A DNA stretch of 64,000 nucleotides, taken from assembly GCF_009834535.1 (NCBI RefSeq), contig NC_045696.1, positions 117,430,001-117,494,000 on the forward strand. Direction: 5' to 3'. The stretch comes from Camelus ferus. Its lineage: Eukaryota. A program made the position numbers and the translations under genes. The notes under the pieces were generated by a model. It saw nothing but the letters and a program-made list of their open reading frames with translations, was not told the origin of the DNA and did no database searches. Numbering within the stretch: the stretch's first letter is position 1; every line of letters begins with the position of its first letter. Positions 10,971 to 23,849 of the stretch are shown here, one piece after another.

Positions 10971-12922
10971 TTCAGGGGCGCTGAACTTCCTTTGCCTTTT
11001 GTGTCCCCAGCAGTTGTAAAAACAGGTCTCTATAGCCTGACAATGGAGGGGTACCAGAATGCAGGAAGTCCCACACCCAGTGCTTTGGAGGCAGCCAAAT
11101 AGGGGATTCTCCCTCTACTTAAGCTCGAAACCTCTTCCACAATTGATTTATGCTATTTTTTTTAATGTGCGCACACTTTGAAGGTTGCTGCCTGTGAAGA
11201 ATTGACTAAACATGTTTTTAAATATTGTCTCTTGCCCACCTTCACACCAGCACCCATGGGACTATCGAATCTTTTCTTCTGACATTTGAAAGCATTAAAA
11301 CAGCTCCAGGGCTGAAGGAAACATTTTCTCTGTAATCTTGGAAAAGTTTCGTTGCCAAGGAGACAGAGGCCTTAGTGACCAGGTAAGAAGGCTTCTGTAG
11401 TATATTCATTCTGTTATCCAGGGAAAGGACTAAAAAAGCAACGGGTGATTGGTGGGAAGAAACACGGATTTCCCAGCATCTTACACCTAAAGTCTTTTTT
11501 ATTATATAATTAGAGGAAACCCCAACTTTTTTTTTGTAAAAAAATGGTACTGTTTTTTGAAAAGATTGTAATTTAAGCTCCGCACCACTTTGACTCATGA
11601 TCATCAGGTTGAAATACATATGACATCCTCAGAACAGCTACTTTCCAGAAGAAGAAAGGGTCCGAGGAGGAAGTTTTATGTTACAGGATAAATGACAGCC
11701 ACCCAACAAGACACTCTCCTTTCAAGGAAGGACATAAAAATCATCTCTCTGCGGTGTAGCCAGGAAAGACGTGAGGAGAACCCAGTTCTGAGACAGAAAG
11801 AAAAAGAGGCTGATGCATGGACAGAACAGAAATATGAGAACAGTTCAAGGTTTTCTAAGCACATCCATCGAATCTTGCTTGTAGATACTGAGTGGCTTCT
11901 AATCATTTGTGTTCTTTTTATTCTATCATCAAATTGTTGGTTAGAGTGTGTGAAAGTACCTGAAATCCCCCAAGAATGCACCACAAGCTGTTTCCCCCGG
12001 ACCTCTTTTTGGTATTAGAGAGAGAAAAACAAAAAGATTGCAAAGGAGCTGAGAAAAGATTAACTATCAGGCAACGTTCTCAATGAGCCTAAAATTTATG
12101 CATACTTTAATATGGGATGAACAAAAACAGATCTTTTATCTAATGAATTCCAACAGGAGGTAATGAAATAGACATAATCTTGCACATTCTAACAGGTTGT
12201 TTCCCAAATCACCATTCACAGGGCTCTGTTGATTTACCCTCTATACTGAACTTGGCACATCAGATTTTTTGAAGGCAGAAAAGACCCCTCATCTTCTCCA
12301 ACCTGTGTGAAATGCGCTCTCCCAATCTAGTGAGTCATCTGAATTCAAGGAAACCAAAATTCCAAACTCACAAGAAAGGAGAATTCGACCTCCTGGCCAC
12401 ACATTTATCGAACAGGAGCCAGAAATGGTTGTATTTGTAGCAGATGAACTTTTATCCATTTCTTTTCTTTTGACTCCAATTTTCTTAGGTGATTAGCCAA
12501 AAAGAATCTAATCTAATAAACCAGCTCATGAGAAGATTTGAAGTCATGCAACTATACTTATCAGAAGAAAATGAATTATACAATTTGGACAAAACTTACT
12601 GCATACTAATTTTAGTCTCTTTTTAAGACAAAACTTCTGCCAGAATTTATAGGCCTGCCATTATTTTTAAAACAAACTGTTAAGCAGTAGAATATGTGGT
12701 TGATAAGATATATATTTTCTTATCTGTATTTCTCTCATCATTAGTTCAGTAGAGTTTCAAAAGTCATGGGTTTGGGGTTCCAAGGCTGGAGTTGATTTTC
12801 CTGAAAAATCTGTGCTCACAAGGGAATTATGAGGACAGTGGACACAAGGAAATCCCTGCATTTTTTCTAGCAAGAACTGATGAAACAGCAGTAGGAAATA
12901 TAGTTAGAAACATAGTGGACAC

Positions 12923-13940
12923 TCTCCAGAATATATAAACAGCTCATACAACTTAATAGCAAAAAAAACAAACAACTCAATCCAAAAATAGGCAGAAGAC
13001 CTAAACAAGCAATTCTCCAGTGAATATATACGAATGGCCAATAGGCACATGAAAAAATGCTCAATATCATTAATTATCAGAGAAATGAAAATCAAAACTA
13101 CAATGAGGTATCATCTCACACCAGTCAGAATGGCCATCATTCAAAAGTCCACAAATGATAAATGCTGGAAAGGATGAGGGGAAAAGGGAACCTTCCTACA
13201 CTGTTGGTGGCAATGTAGTTTGGTACAGCCATTATGGAAAACAGTATGGAGATTCCTCAAAAAACTAAAAATAGACTTACCCTATGATCCAGCATTCCCA
13301 CTCCTGGCATATATCCAGAGGGAATCTTAATTCAAAAAGACACCTGCACCCCAGTGTTCATAGCAGCACTATTTACAATGGCCAAGACATGGAAACAACC
13401 TAAATGTCTATCAACAGATGACTGAATAAAGAAGTTGTGGTATATTTATACAATGGAATACTACTCAGCCATAAAAAATAATAAACTAGTGCAATTTGCT
13501 GCAATATGGATGGAGGTGGAGAATGTCATTCTAAGTGAAATAAGCCAGAAAGAGAAAGAAAAATACCCTATGAGATCACTTATATGTGGAATCTTAAAAA
13601 AAAAAAAAGACAAATGAACTTATTTATAAAACAGAAACAGACTCACAGACATAGAAAACAAACTTATGGTTAGCAGAGGGAGAAAGGAGTGGGAAGAGAT
13701 AAATTGGGATTTTGAGATTTGCAGATACTAATATATATAAAATAGATAACACGTTTATACTGTATAGCACAGGGAGCCACATTCAGTATCTTGTAGTAAC
13801 TTGTGGTGAAAGAGAATATGAAAATGAATATATGTATGTTCACGTATAACTGAAGAATTGAGCTGTACATGAGAAATTGACACAACATTGTAAACTGACT
13901 GTACTTCAATAAACACATATTAAAATAAATAAATAATAAA
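12923..13940 (+). mobile_element. 5'-truncated camelid-type L1 (ORF2 C-terminus plus 3'UTR)
   Basis: ORF2 end (WYIYTMEYYSAIK...), 3'UTR and AATAAA/A-rich tail. Degenerate TSD agaaacatagtggacac (12906-12922) / agaagcattgtatacac (13941-13957) at a TT/AGAAA site. Confidence 0.92.
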
Positions 13941-15574
13941 AGAAGCATTGTATACACAATAAATAAACAATAAATAGCAAGTAATTGATACACATATATA
14001 AAAACAAAACAATTTTTCCACCACATGATTTTAGCTATTATACGCAAGATTGTTTTGAAAACTTTAAATTGTATTAATTTTTTTTAAAATTGTACCCTAT
14101 ATCATGAATCTGGAAACATATCCATATGCTTTTTCCATGGACCTATAAGTTGCTAATGGTGTTTTCAGAAGGATCTAGGTTATGAAAACAAGTATGTTTA
14201 TTCCAGTTCCCATGGTTAAAGGGCCACCCAAAGAAAGCAAAATGACCCATAATAGGCCATGGAATGACTAAAACAATGACAACATTTTATACTTTGTATT
14301 AGGAATTAATACAGAGTAATATTTTCCCAATGGAATCATTCCAGAAGGATGCTATTCAGGCAAAAATTCGGGATAAATTCAGTACCTGAAATGGTTTTAA
14401 TACTTTGACTGTCTGTCCTCCCCTCTCTATTGAGGGCTCTGTGACCATTAGAATTTAGACATTTTTTGGCCAAAATGCTGGCCCGGTATTAGTGCTCACA
14501 TAAGAAGCCAGGATTCCTTCTTATGCAACATTCCATTTCCCTCATATAGATCAGAATTTTTCAATTAAACTCCTATTTAATTTTTCTCTTCCCCTTAGAA
14601 TACTAAACGGGATATTGTTTTCTGATTCTTCTTAATTGTTCTCCTTTTTCTGATCCAAATCAATTGAAACATCATAACAGCTTCAAAATTAATTACACAA
14701 TTTCCCCTCTGCTCGGATAGATATGTACACATCTCAGAATGCGATGACTGCGTTCACATTACTAATTACTCACAGAAACCTCTGATAGCTGTGTGTTTGC
14801 CCTGGCCCAAGTGAACAGCCCACGTTTAGCTGGGAGGAGTTGCTTTGTTTAAAAAAATAATAATAAAGCACGATGGAAAGGCATTGATAATTTTGTTTTT
14901 TGGTGACTGAACAGGATCTACTCAGCCTTTTACCTTACTAGCTCAATTTGTGCTTTAAAAAAAAATCTACTTTGCATAAAAGAGGCCAAACTTTTGACTC
15001 TAGAGAGCAATCTGTGTCTGGAGGGGAGAGCTGAACAGTTTCCATCCAGTGGGAAGAAAGTCGTCGCTTTCAACAGTCTTAAAATCTATAATAAGGAAAA
15101 TCTAGAGTCACCAGAAGTTACTCCAAAAACCCCCTTTTTTTCAGTTTTCCACCCATATGAACTACAAAATCCATGAAAAGTGAACTTTAAAGAGAAAAGA
15201 TTTTAGAGCATTTGAATCAGTTTGACATTTTTTGTGGATTTACTGAAGAATGAGACAGAACATGGTTATCATACTAACAAACGAGAAAGGATATCTTGAG
15301 AAGTATTTTGAAGACAAAAAGTCATTCTTTTTCATTGCCCCTAAAGTAAGCATCACAGGGCTGCCTCATTAGGCTGGACAGGTTGGACCCCACACATGTC
15401 CACTGGAAACCACTTACAACGGTCTACACGCCCAAGTCACCATGCTCAACATGGTGCCCAGATATTTGTCAGATATTTTTCTGAATGAAATTTTGGAGTG
15501 TTTTCTTAATCTTTTTTTTTTTTCGTGGGCCCTTTAAGATTGTATTATTTTCCTCAAAGGGGAAAAAAAATTAC

Positions 15575-15645
15575 TCTTTGTAGCCCCTATGCCATCTAGT
15601 CCTTGGTACTCTATAAATATTTGAAAGAATAAGTGAATGAACAAA
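15575..15645 (+). mobile_element. L2 3' end
   Basis: 'gtagcccctatgccatctagtccttggtactctataaatatttgaaagaataagtgaatgaa'. Confidence 0.55.
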
Positions 15646-16267
15646 AAAGCTACCTTATCTTTGGTTTTCCCCTTTTTAACATTTTCCCCTGATCCTGCAA
15701 TCATTTTCTAACAAAACACCTGAAAATAAAATGGAGTGAGAGAAAGTAATGAAATTTGAAGACATTTTTGCAAGATGCAATGTTGTCTTCATTTGGAAAT
15801 CTGAATTATCTTTCTCAGTTGTCAATCATTTTGGGGGTGGAGGGGAAGAAGAGTCTTTGGCCAACAGGAGCACGTGGTATTGATCAGTTGTGGACTAATT
15901 ATAAATTTAGTTAAGTCCCAAAGATCTCCCAAGCCAACTGGAATGGTTATTTTAGTCTTCAAAAAATCCCTACCCCACTATCACCTTATGATCAAACCAG
16001 AAGCTCTATAATGTTCCTCTGGTGCTATCAGCTCATTAATGCCTAATTTTCCAATAACTGAGACATCATTTTTCCAATTCCAATCAAAATGAGACTTTTA
16101 AGTGTAAATATACTTTGAAAAAGCAACAATGATTTCTATTTATCCATAATCTAATATCCAATAGCTGATAGTAGATTATTCCCTAAGAATCTTGCATAAA
16201 AGAGAGAAGGGAGGGAAAATAAGGCAATAGGTGCCTAATCTGAGGGGATAGATAAAAAGAAGGAAGG

Positions 16268-16396
16268 AGAGGAAGGGTAGAACTCAAGTGGTAGAACGCA
16301 TGCTTAGCTTGCACAAGGTCCTGGGTTCAATCCCTGGTACCTCCTCTAAAAATAAATAAAATAAATTACCTCCCCCTGCCCCAACCCCCTCAAAAG
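16268..16396 (+). mobile_element. Vic-1-type SINE (long form)
   Basis: 'ggaagggtagaactcaagtggtagaacgcatgcttagcttgcacaaggtcctgggttcaatccctggtacctcc', then A-rich linker and 'aattacctccccc'. Confidence 0.9.
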
Positions 16397-16847
16397 AAGG
16401 TAAGAAAATTCAGGGGGAAAAAATGAGTCCAGAACATTAAAAACAGATTTTCTTTGCATACTTCATATTTTACATGCCTTCAGTCTTTGTATCACAGAAT
16501 GAACTCAAACCTGAACTAAGGCCATACACACACAAAGAAAAAAATAAAATCAACAAGTTTAATTAGAAGTGAAACACTGGTATTCTACTTCTGCCAAGTA
16601 TTTGGGTGGTTTCCCATAGTACGCAGCTGTACTGTTGCTATGAAATTGCCAAGTGTGGAAGGAGACCACCATTACCCATCCCACAATAATACACTCCTGT
16701 ACAATTCTCTACAAAATGGGTACAGACATCCTTTGAGGGTGAAGAGCTTCTAGTTCTTCATCAGACCTACAAACACATTCCTCAGTCTCCAAACTAAACA
16801 ACTGTGCTCACTCCTGAAATGCACTGATCAGACAAGGAAAAGAATTC

Positions 16848-17682
16848 ATTAATAATTATCAGAGAAATGCAAATCAAAACTACAATGAGGTATTACCTCA
16901 CACCTGTCAGAATGGCCAACATTCAAAAGTCCACGCTGGAGAGGGTGTGGAGAAAAGAGAACCCTCCTACACCATTGGTGGGAATGTAGTTTGGTGCAGC
17001 CACTATGGAAAACTTAAAAAACCAAAAATAGACTTACCATATGATCCAGCAATCCCATTCCTGGACATATATCTAGAGGGAACTCTAATTCAAAAAAATA
17101 GATTCACCCCAATGTTCACAGCAGCACTATTTACAATAGCCAAGACATGGAAACAACATAAAAGTCCATTGACAGATGAGTGGATAAAGAAGTTGTGGTG
17201 TATTTATACAATAGAATACTACTCAGCCATAAAAAAACAAAATAAAATAATGCCATTTGCTGCAACATGGATGGACCTGGAGATCATTATTGTAAGTGAA
17301 GTAAGACAGAAAGAGAAAGAAAAATACCATATGATATCACTCATATGTGGAATCTTAAAAAAAGACACAAATTAACTTATTTACAAAACAGAAACAGACT
17401 CAGATGTAGAAAAAAATCTTATGGTTACCAGGGGGTAAAGGGGATGGGAAGGGATGAATTGGGAGTTTGAGATTTACAGATGCCAACCTCTATGTATAAA
17501 ATAGGTAAACAACAAGTTTATACTGTATAGTACAGGGAACTATATTTAAAATCTTATAGTAACCTATAATGAAAAAGAATATGAAAATGAATATATGTAT
17601 GCACATGTATGACTGAAACATGATGCTGTGCATGAGAAATTGACACAACATTGTAAACTGACTATAATTCAATTTAAAAAAA
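16848..17682 (+). mobile_element. 5'-truncated camelid-type L1 (ORF2 C-terminus plus 3'UTR)
   Basis: ORF 16947-17375 is the L1 ORF2 C-terminus (PYDPAIP, PMFTAALFTIAKTWKQ, EYYSAIK, MPFAATWMDLE), followed by 3'UTR and an A tail. Confidence 0.92.
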
Positions 17683-18044
17683 TACTAGCCCAATAGGTTG
17701 TGCATTAAACATGGTTCATAAGCCTGGGATAGAAAATCTATTTGTAACAACTGATGGCTGAGTTATAAAACTTTGTTTTTGTCATTGTCTTAAACTTATA
17801 TTTTGGACAATAATTGAGGAAAGTCAACAAAAAAAGAGTAACTTAAAGCTTTCACCTACTCAAAAGGACTTTAACCTATATATAGTTTTCCATCTATATG
17901 TACTTTAGATGACCATGTTATCATTCGTGCTGCAAACAACAAGGGCTCAATATTTGCCAAAACCTCTGATTATTCCTCTGAGCCATACAATCTGAAGAAT
18001 GTATGATTTGAATAGATATCCTATTAGGAGAGTCTCCTGATTTC

Positions 18045-18132
18045 TTCTATTCAAAGTGTGGTCTATGAACCAGCAACCTTGGCACCACCTGGGAGCTTGT
18101 TAAAAAAGCAGATTCCTTGGGCCACACCCCAT
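18045..18132 (+). mobile_element. MER5A 5' half
   Basis: 'ttcaaagtgtggtctatgaaccagcaaccttggcaccacctgggagcttgttaaaaaagcagattccttgggccacacccc'. Confidence 0.75.
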
Positions 18133-18562
18133 TGTTGGCCAATCTAGCTTTTATCAAGAAAGATGAAGAGGAACAGTTAGAAAGCAAAGTTGTACACAAA
18201 AGGGAGTTGAAAGGAACAGCTATTGGGAAGGGAACACACAAAGGCCAAGTCTCACCCCAGCTAGACTTTTGGCCGCTCGAAGTAACTGATGAGGGCCACA
18301 GGAGAAATCTGAAAACCCCCCTTAGGGTGGCCAGCTTTAGAGAAGTCTATCCCAGGAACCCAAGGAAGATAAATACCCAGGAAAAAAGGAAAAAGGAAAA
18401 AATTTAAGTGCTCTGATGCAAGCAAAAAGGATTTTCTTTAGGAGATTCATGGGCCATAATAGGTGCTCAGTAAATAGTCTCTAATGCTCCTTTAGCCAAC
18501 AATAATGTCATACTTCCTGAAAGAAAAGAGAGTAATAAAAATGAGTTTTCAACTTTTTAAAA

Positions 18563-18737
18563 ATTTTTGTTTTTGTTTTATTTTGGGGGGGATTAGGATT
18601 GGTTGGTTGGTTGGTTGGTTGATTGATTGATTGATTGATTCACTAATTTTTTTTAATTAAATGGAGGTACTGGGGATAGAACCCAGGACCTCGTGCATGC
18701 TAAGCTGGCACTCAACTACTGAGCTACACTGTCCCCA
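18563..18737 (-). mobile_element. Vic-1-type SINE (long form) containing a (TTGG)n(TTGA)n microsatellite
   Basis: 'atggaggtactggggatagaacccaggacctcgtgcatgctaagctggcactcaactactgagctacac'. The 'gggggggattagg' extension is separated from the body by a tetranucleotide repeat at 18598-18640. Confidence 0.88.
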
Positions 18738-19779
18738 CTAATTTCCAACTGTTAAGTGTCTCCTATGTTCCAAACACTGTACTGGACATTTTAAATTCTT
18801 TTTAAAAATTACATCTATTTGTAAGAAGTGGCCACATCCAGCGTTCTTGCCTGTTTGAACTCCCCTGCACTGCCTGCTGTATTCCTTTGGCAGGCATGGG
18901 CAGGCCAGCCCCTCTATGGGGCACCTACATCTTCCATGTTTGTATAATTCCTTATCCAGAACGCTCTCCACTTCTAGTGCCGATTGTGTGTATGAAAATA
19001 AAATAGCAAATGTGCTGAGAGGCGTGCACACTAGAAAATGATACCTGTAATATCAAGCACTTTCAAAAGTGTATAGTATTTGCATTAGGTCATCAAATAA
19101 ATACCTTCCCCACTGTGGAAGAGAGTTTTTGTTCTCAGCTCTCCCCTCACGAATTTCATCTCTCACAAGTGAAGATATCCTTATCTCTCCTAAGCCCTTC
19201 TTACACAATTTTCTACTTGCATCTGTTACTATACATGGGGGAAAATGTCACTCTCTATGAGCAGAGATAAATCTCGAGCAAACTATATTACAAATGCGTT
19301 TGTCTACGGGACTGTTCCCTTTAAACACGGTGGGCGCAAGCCTCCAAATTCCTTCACTGTTTATGGGTCCAAAACTTGGCTTCCTTCTGGAATCTGGATG
19401 CTCAAAACTGCAAATTAAAAGGCATGCTCTGAGTCTAGCTGGATGTCTTCCACCACGCTAGTGTTAAAGAATGTATTAAAGAGAGGGGAAAGGCAGGTGT
19501 TACATTTTTAACTGACAGCTGAACATTTCCTTGGCTTTGTGCCAAATGAAATAACATAATCCTAGCTGACTGGTACACTTTTCCCTGATCCCTTTAAATT
19601 CCTCTTTCTCGAATTCTTTATGACATTTAAATATCCTTAGAATTAATCAATGTTAAGACAATGAGACAGTTAGGGATGAAGACGGTGAGTAGCAATAATC
19701 GTGAAGAAGATGGCGAGCTTTCCCTGAGGATTTCAGATGTTCTTTGGTTTTACTTAGAGCATCATCAGTGATGATGACG

Positions 19780-19935
19780 TTTCTGTGAGAGATGTAATGA
19801 GACTCCCATTTTATAGATGAAGAAACTAAGGTTGAGAGAAATTAAATGACTTGCCCCAGGTCCCAGAGATAAGGAGAGGGGAGACCAGATTCACACTCAA
19901 GTCTGTCTGTTTTGCTCCAAAGCTGATACTCCTTT
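19780..19935 (-). mobile_element. MIR SINE
   Basis: 'ctcccattttatagatgaagaaactaaggttgagagaaattaaatgacttgccccaggtcccagag' is MIR core. Confidence 0.85.
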
Positions 19936-21214
19936 TACCTTGGTCCCCAGTAGTCATGGTGTCTAGGGTCCCTTTCCTTGTTCCTATATCTCTACAGAGT
20001 GCTACCTAAAACTTTTTCAGGTTTTCTTGCCGGGAAGAAACGCTGATGAGAATGCCACTAGGAAGGACTGTTTCCCACTCCGCAGCTCACAGGCTGTCTC
20101 CCACGTGGCTGGTGCTCAGTGTTCAATAATCACAGTTCAAACCCAGTAATGATCAAGCAGGAAGCGCCTCCTTCTTTATACTTTTTAATGACTTCATAAG
20201 GTTCTTTTTTGTTAATTGTTTAATCACAAATTTCAGTTATTGCTATTTACATGCTCTTTTTCAACTTTGAATACAGACTTATTTCTATTTTGCCAAGCTT
20301 TTGGAAACACCAAATTAGAAACAAGCCTATTGTCTTCCACACAATTTCTGCACAGTGCGGAATGAAAAATGCCACCAGAGTGCCTGCGTGCCTGACAGGG
20401 GAGAAGAAAGAAAGGGAAAGAATACAGTGTACATTGTCTGAAGAATGCCACCTTAGCTCAAGAGCTTCAAAGCTCCAAAGTCGTTTTTTCCACTATGGAA
20501 AATACCCCCCCCCCAGCATCGTCGGAATAGTACTTGCAGACAAACCAAGGAAGGTCGCTTCACACAGGTGAAAAATCCAGGAGAGGCAAAGGGGTCACTG
20601 AATGATGTAAACCTGGCAGGCTTTTTGTGCAGGTGGTGAGTGAGCGACTTGCTCTTTAAAGGAGGACACAGATTTTCTTCACTCCATCTCCAGCGGTAAA
20701 ATTAGAGATGAAAACCCCCAAATTTCACCTTGCCCTGGAGAACTAAGAGGAGGTTAAGTACATGAGGTTTGAGCTCATTGTTGGCACTATTTTACTGATA
20801 AACCACCTGGACAAACAGTACCACACTAAGCCTTAGATGGCCCCCCTGCTGGAAAATGTTTGAAACCGGAAATTCACCCTCAAGAAGCTGAAGTCTTGAA
20901 CCGTCACCCAAACCGACAAATAGATGTCCTTCTCACAAAGTTCTTCTGATGGTCTGTGAAATTCAAACATGAAGACAACAAATCATTCCGTCCCAGTGGC
21001 TACTCATCATACAAACTTTGTTACTCTTTACAAAGACCCACGTTCTCAGGGTATGCAAAGCTGTGAAGGAGAGCTTGGGGACATCCCACAGGAAGCCTTG
21101 AGTGTGCGTTGCCAAAGGTGAGTCCATTTGTTTCTGAGGATGGCTTTGTGCTCTTAAATCTAGCAACATCCAGTGAGCAAAGGAATTATTAGATGAGTAA
21201 GAAAGGAGTAAAAG

Positions 21215-21858
21215 CATGACTCAGAAGCTTACAGCTGGCCAGGCTCTCTGACAGATTTTATTCGGCTTACACAATGCTTCTTAACATTTTATACATATTT
21301 TTATATAAAAAGGTTTTTATATAAATAATGTTTATATATAATATGATATATTATATATAAAATATTGTGTTTATATATTAATTATATATTTTTATATATT
21401 AATTATATATAATGCTTTATATAAATAATGTTTATATATATATCAATATTATATATATTAACTGTCCAGGCCCTCTGACAGATTTTATTTGGCTTATACA
21501 ATGCTTCTTAACATTATATATATATTTTTTAATATAAAAAATATAATGTTTTTATATATTTTTATATAATATATATAACCCTAACCCTTTTATATATGCT
21601 ATATATATATATATATTTTTCCCCCACTGAAAAGTTGAAAAATTCTAAATAAAATCCAGATTCTTAGGCTTCCTTTAAATAACAGAAGATCTGGGGAAGT
21701 GAGCATGTAATTCCACAGGGCAGCACCCTCCCCCCTACCTTTTATAGAAAGAGCCTGTGTGTTCCTCAGTTTTTCACAACCGCCTGTTACACCCAACCTG
21801 GCTGATTCATCTCCACGATCTGCATTGCTCCTGTGAGTGAGAGCATTTACAACCTTTG
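21215..21858 (+). mobile_element. MER102-like hAT-Charlie element, internally expanded
   Basis: 'aaataaaatccagattcttaggcttcctttaaataacagaagatctgg' and the terminal 'acacccaacctggctgattcat...gctcctgtgag...tttacaacctttg' match recalled MER102 blocks. Confidence 0.65.
21286..21616. repeat. AT-rich (TA)n low-complexity region with a 227-bp-period duplication
   Basis: Directly visible. A unique block of about 55 bp is repeated at 21235 and 21462. Confidence 0.9.
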
Positions 21859-21921
21859 CTGCAAGCCTTAGTAAGGAAACACAAGCAGTGTGTATCTGAA
21901 AACTTTTCTACCTAAAGATTT

Positions 21922-22021
21922 TTTTTTTTTTAAGTTTTAGTGGAGGTACCAGGGATTAAACCCAAGGCCTCATGCATGCTAAGCATGCACTCTACCACTG
22001 AGCTCTGCCCTCCTCCCCACC
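21922..22021 (-). mobile_element. Vic-1-type SINE (short-tail form) with perfect TSD
   Basis: tRNA-Ala-like body. TSD acctaaagattt at 21910-21921 and 22022-22033. Confidence 0.93.
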
Positions 22022-22087
22022 ACCTAAAGATTTCAGGGTACGTATTTGTATATATGAAAACAGTGATATACTTAAAAGCTCCCATGT

Positions 22088-22225
22088 TCAGAGTTAAATG
22101 GCATGGCTTTGATTCCACTTCTGCCTTTAATTAGCTCAGTGCTCTGCAGCAAATTATTTTAACCTCTTGGACTTGGATTTCTTCGTTAGCGAAACAAAGG
22201 TATTGGGTTACCTTTAGGGTCCACT
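22088..22225 (+). mobile_element. MIR SINE fragment
   Basis: 'gctttgattccacttctgcctttaattagctcagtgctctgcagcaaattattttaacctcttggacttggatttc'. Confidence 0.6.
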
Positions 22226-22477
22226 GCTGGTCTAGAAAGCTGTGCCTCCTACGCGAAACCATAAGAACCAGGGGTCAACCCGAGGGCTAAGTTATCTCTT
22301 AGAATCCTAATGACACCTTGTGCATGCTGAGAGAATGTAAGATTCTAAGGGAAAGGAGTAGAGAAGTCGTGGTCCCTTTAGAACACCACCGAGAAATGAG
22401 AGATTCCATTCAGTCTTATCCAACCTTGTGCCAAAAAGAATTTAATATAAAAACAATTCTGTATGACATAGATCCAT

Positions 22478-23318
22478 CTATTATTGGTTGACTTGTCCCC
22501 CCACCCCCACCCCCAAAAATGTATAAGTCCAACCTCTAGTGTCTCAGAATGATCTTATTTGGAAATTGGGTATTTACAGAAGTGATCAAGTTAAAGTCTA
22601 GGGGACCCTAATCCAGTATGACTGGTATTCTTACAGGAAGGGGAAAGTCAGACACAGACACACAGACAGATGTAAAGAAAGAGGGACACACCATCTACAA
22701 GCCAAGGAAGGTTAAGGCTGTTAGGACCTAGGAGAGAAACATGGGACAAATTTTCCCTCACAGCCCTCAGAAGGAACCAACCCTGCCTTGAACTTGGGCA
22801 TTCAGCCTCCAGAACTATGGTGCAGGCAGACCTCAGATATACTGCAGCTGAGTTCCAGACCACTGCAATAAAGCAAGTTAACACCAATTTCTCTGAAAAC
22901 ACAGCATATAAAAGCTGTGTTTACACTATACTGTTAAGTTTATATAATGCATATAACATTCTATCTTTAAAATATTTGCATACCTTAATTTTAAAAAAAT
23001 TTATTACTAAAAAAATGCTAACCCTCATCTGAACCTTCCGTGAGTCACAATCTCTTTGCAGTAGTGACATTAAAGATCACAGATCACAGATTGTCATAAG
23101 AAATATAATAGCAATGAAAAAGTGTGAAATAGTATGAGACAGTGACATGAAATGACAAAATGCTGTTGGGAAAATGACACCAGTAGACTTGTCCAATGCA
23201 GAGTTGCCACAAACCTTCAATTTATAAAAAATGTGTATCTGAAAGGAGCAATAAAGTGAACCCCAATGAAACGAGGTGTGCCTGTATTCTGCTAGAGCAA
23301 CCCTAGCAAGCCAATATA
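22478..23318 (+). mobile_element. MLT1B-like MaLR solo LTR, interrupted by Tigger1
   Basis: 'cttatttggaaattgggtatttacagaagtgatcaagttaa...ccctaatccagtatgactgg...ccctcacagccctcagaaggaaccaaccctgc...cagcctccagaact'. Resumes after 23286 with 'gcaaccctagcaagccaatata'. Confidence 0.85.
22823..23284 (-). mobile_element. Internally deleted Tigger1 (Tigger1a-like) Tc1/mariner-superfamily element
   Basis: Terminal inverted repeats (TIRs) caggcagacctc / gaggtgtgcctg, with TG and TA flanks (TA TSD). Tigger1 5' and 3' ends are joined near 23060; the transposase is absent. Confidence 0.88.
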
Positions 23319-23551
23319 CCACCTTACATCCACTTACCACCCCCATCATTTAACAAAAGGCATAACTGTTCTTGGGGGTGGAGAAAAGACCCAAAACACA
23401 GAGAAAATAGCATCCAGTGACCTCTGCAGGGATCATGATGCAGACCATCTTGGCTTTTTCAATTGTTAACCTCCAGGTTATAAACAAGGGCTAGTATGTA
23501 AAGGTTCTTACTAACTCTTCTGAATCTTGAAACTGTTTCTTAAACTGGATC

Positions 23552-23706
23552 CAAGACCAGATACATAATTTTCAGAAGCCAGAGCAAACTGAAAATGTAT
23601 GGCCTCTTGTTAGAAAGTTATTAAGAATTCAAGATGGCGACAGAAGAGCATTAAGCCACACGTGGAGCACTCTGTGATGACACACCCAGGACGCCGGCTG
23701 GTCCTG
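23552..23706 (-). mobile_element. MER45A-like hAT-Tip100 MITE
   Basis: 'gcaaactgaaaatgtatggcctcttgttagaaagttattaagaattcaagatggcgacagaagagcattaagcc'. TIR-like ends caagaccag / ctggtcctg. Confidence 0.8.
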
Positions 23707-23849
23707 AGTACTCACATCTTCGCTCGCCTTTCTTTGTTGGGTAATTCTGGAACGTATCTTGTCTCTTTATAGAGCATTTTTGACTTGCTCACAGTTGGTC
23801 TAACAAAGTTTTGAAGTTTTCTAACAAATTATCATCTCTTTCCACTAGT

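Noticed and set aside
16947..17375. 142-aa ORF as a protein-coding gene
   Set aside because: It is the L1 ORF2 C-terminus in a 5'-truncated copy with a GTG start. Similar ORFs at 13435, 31692, 43222 and 53503 are also L1-derived.
20838..20856. Second CTCF site (minus CCAGCAGGGGGGC)
   Set aside because: It mismatches the conserved C of the GGC triplet and has poor flanks, so it is too weak to call.
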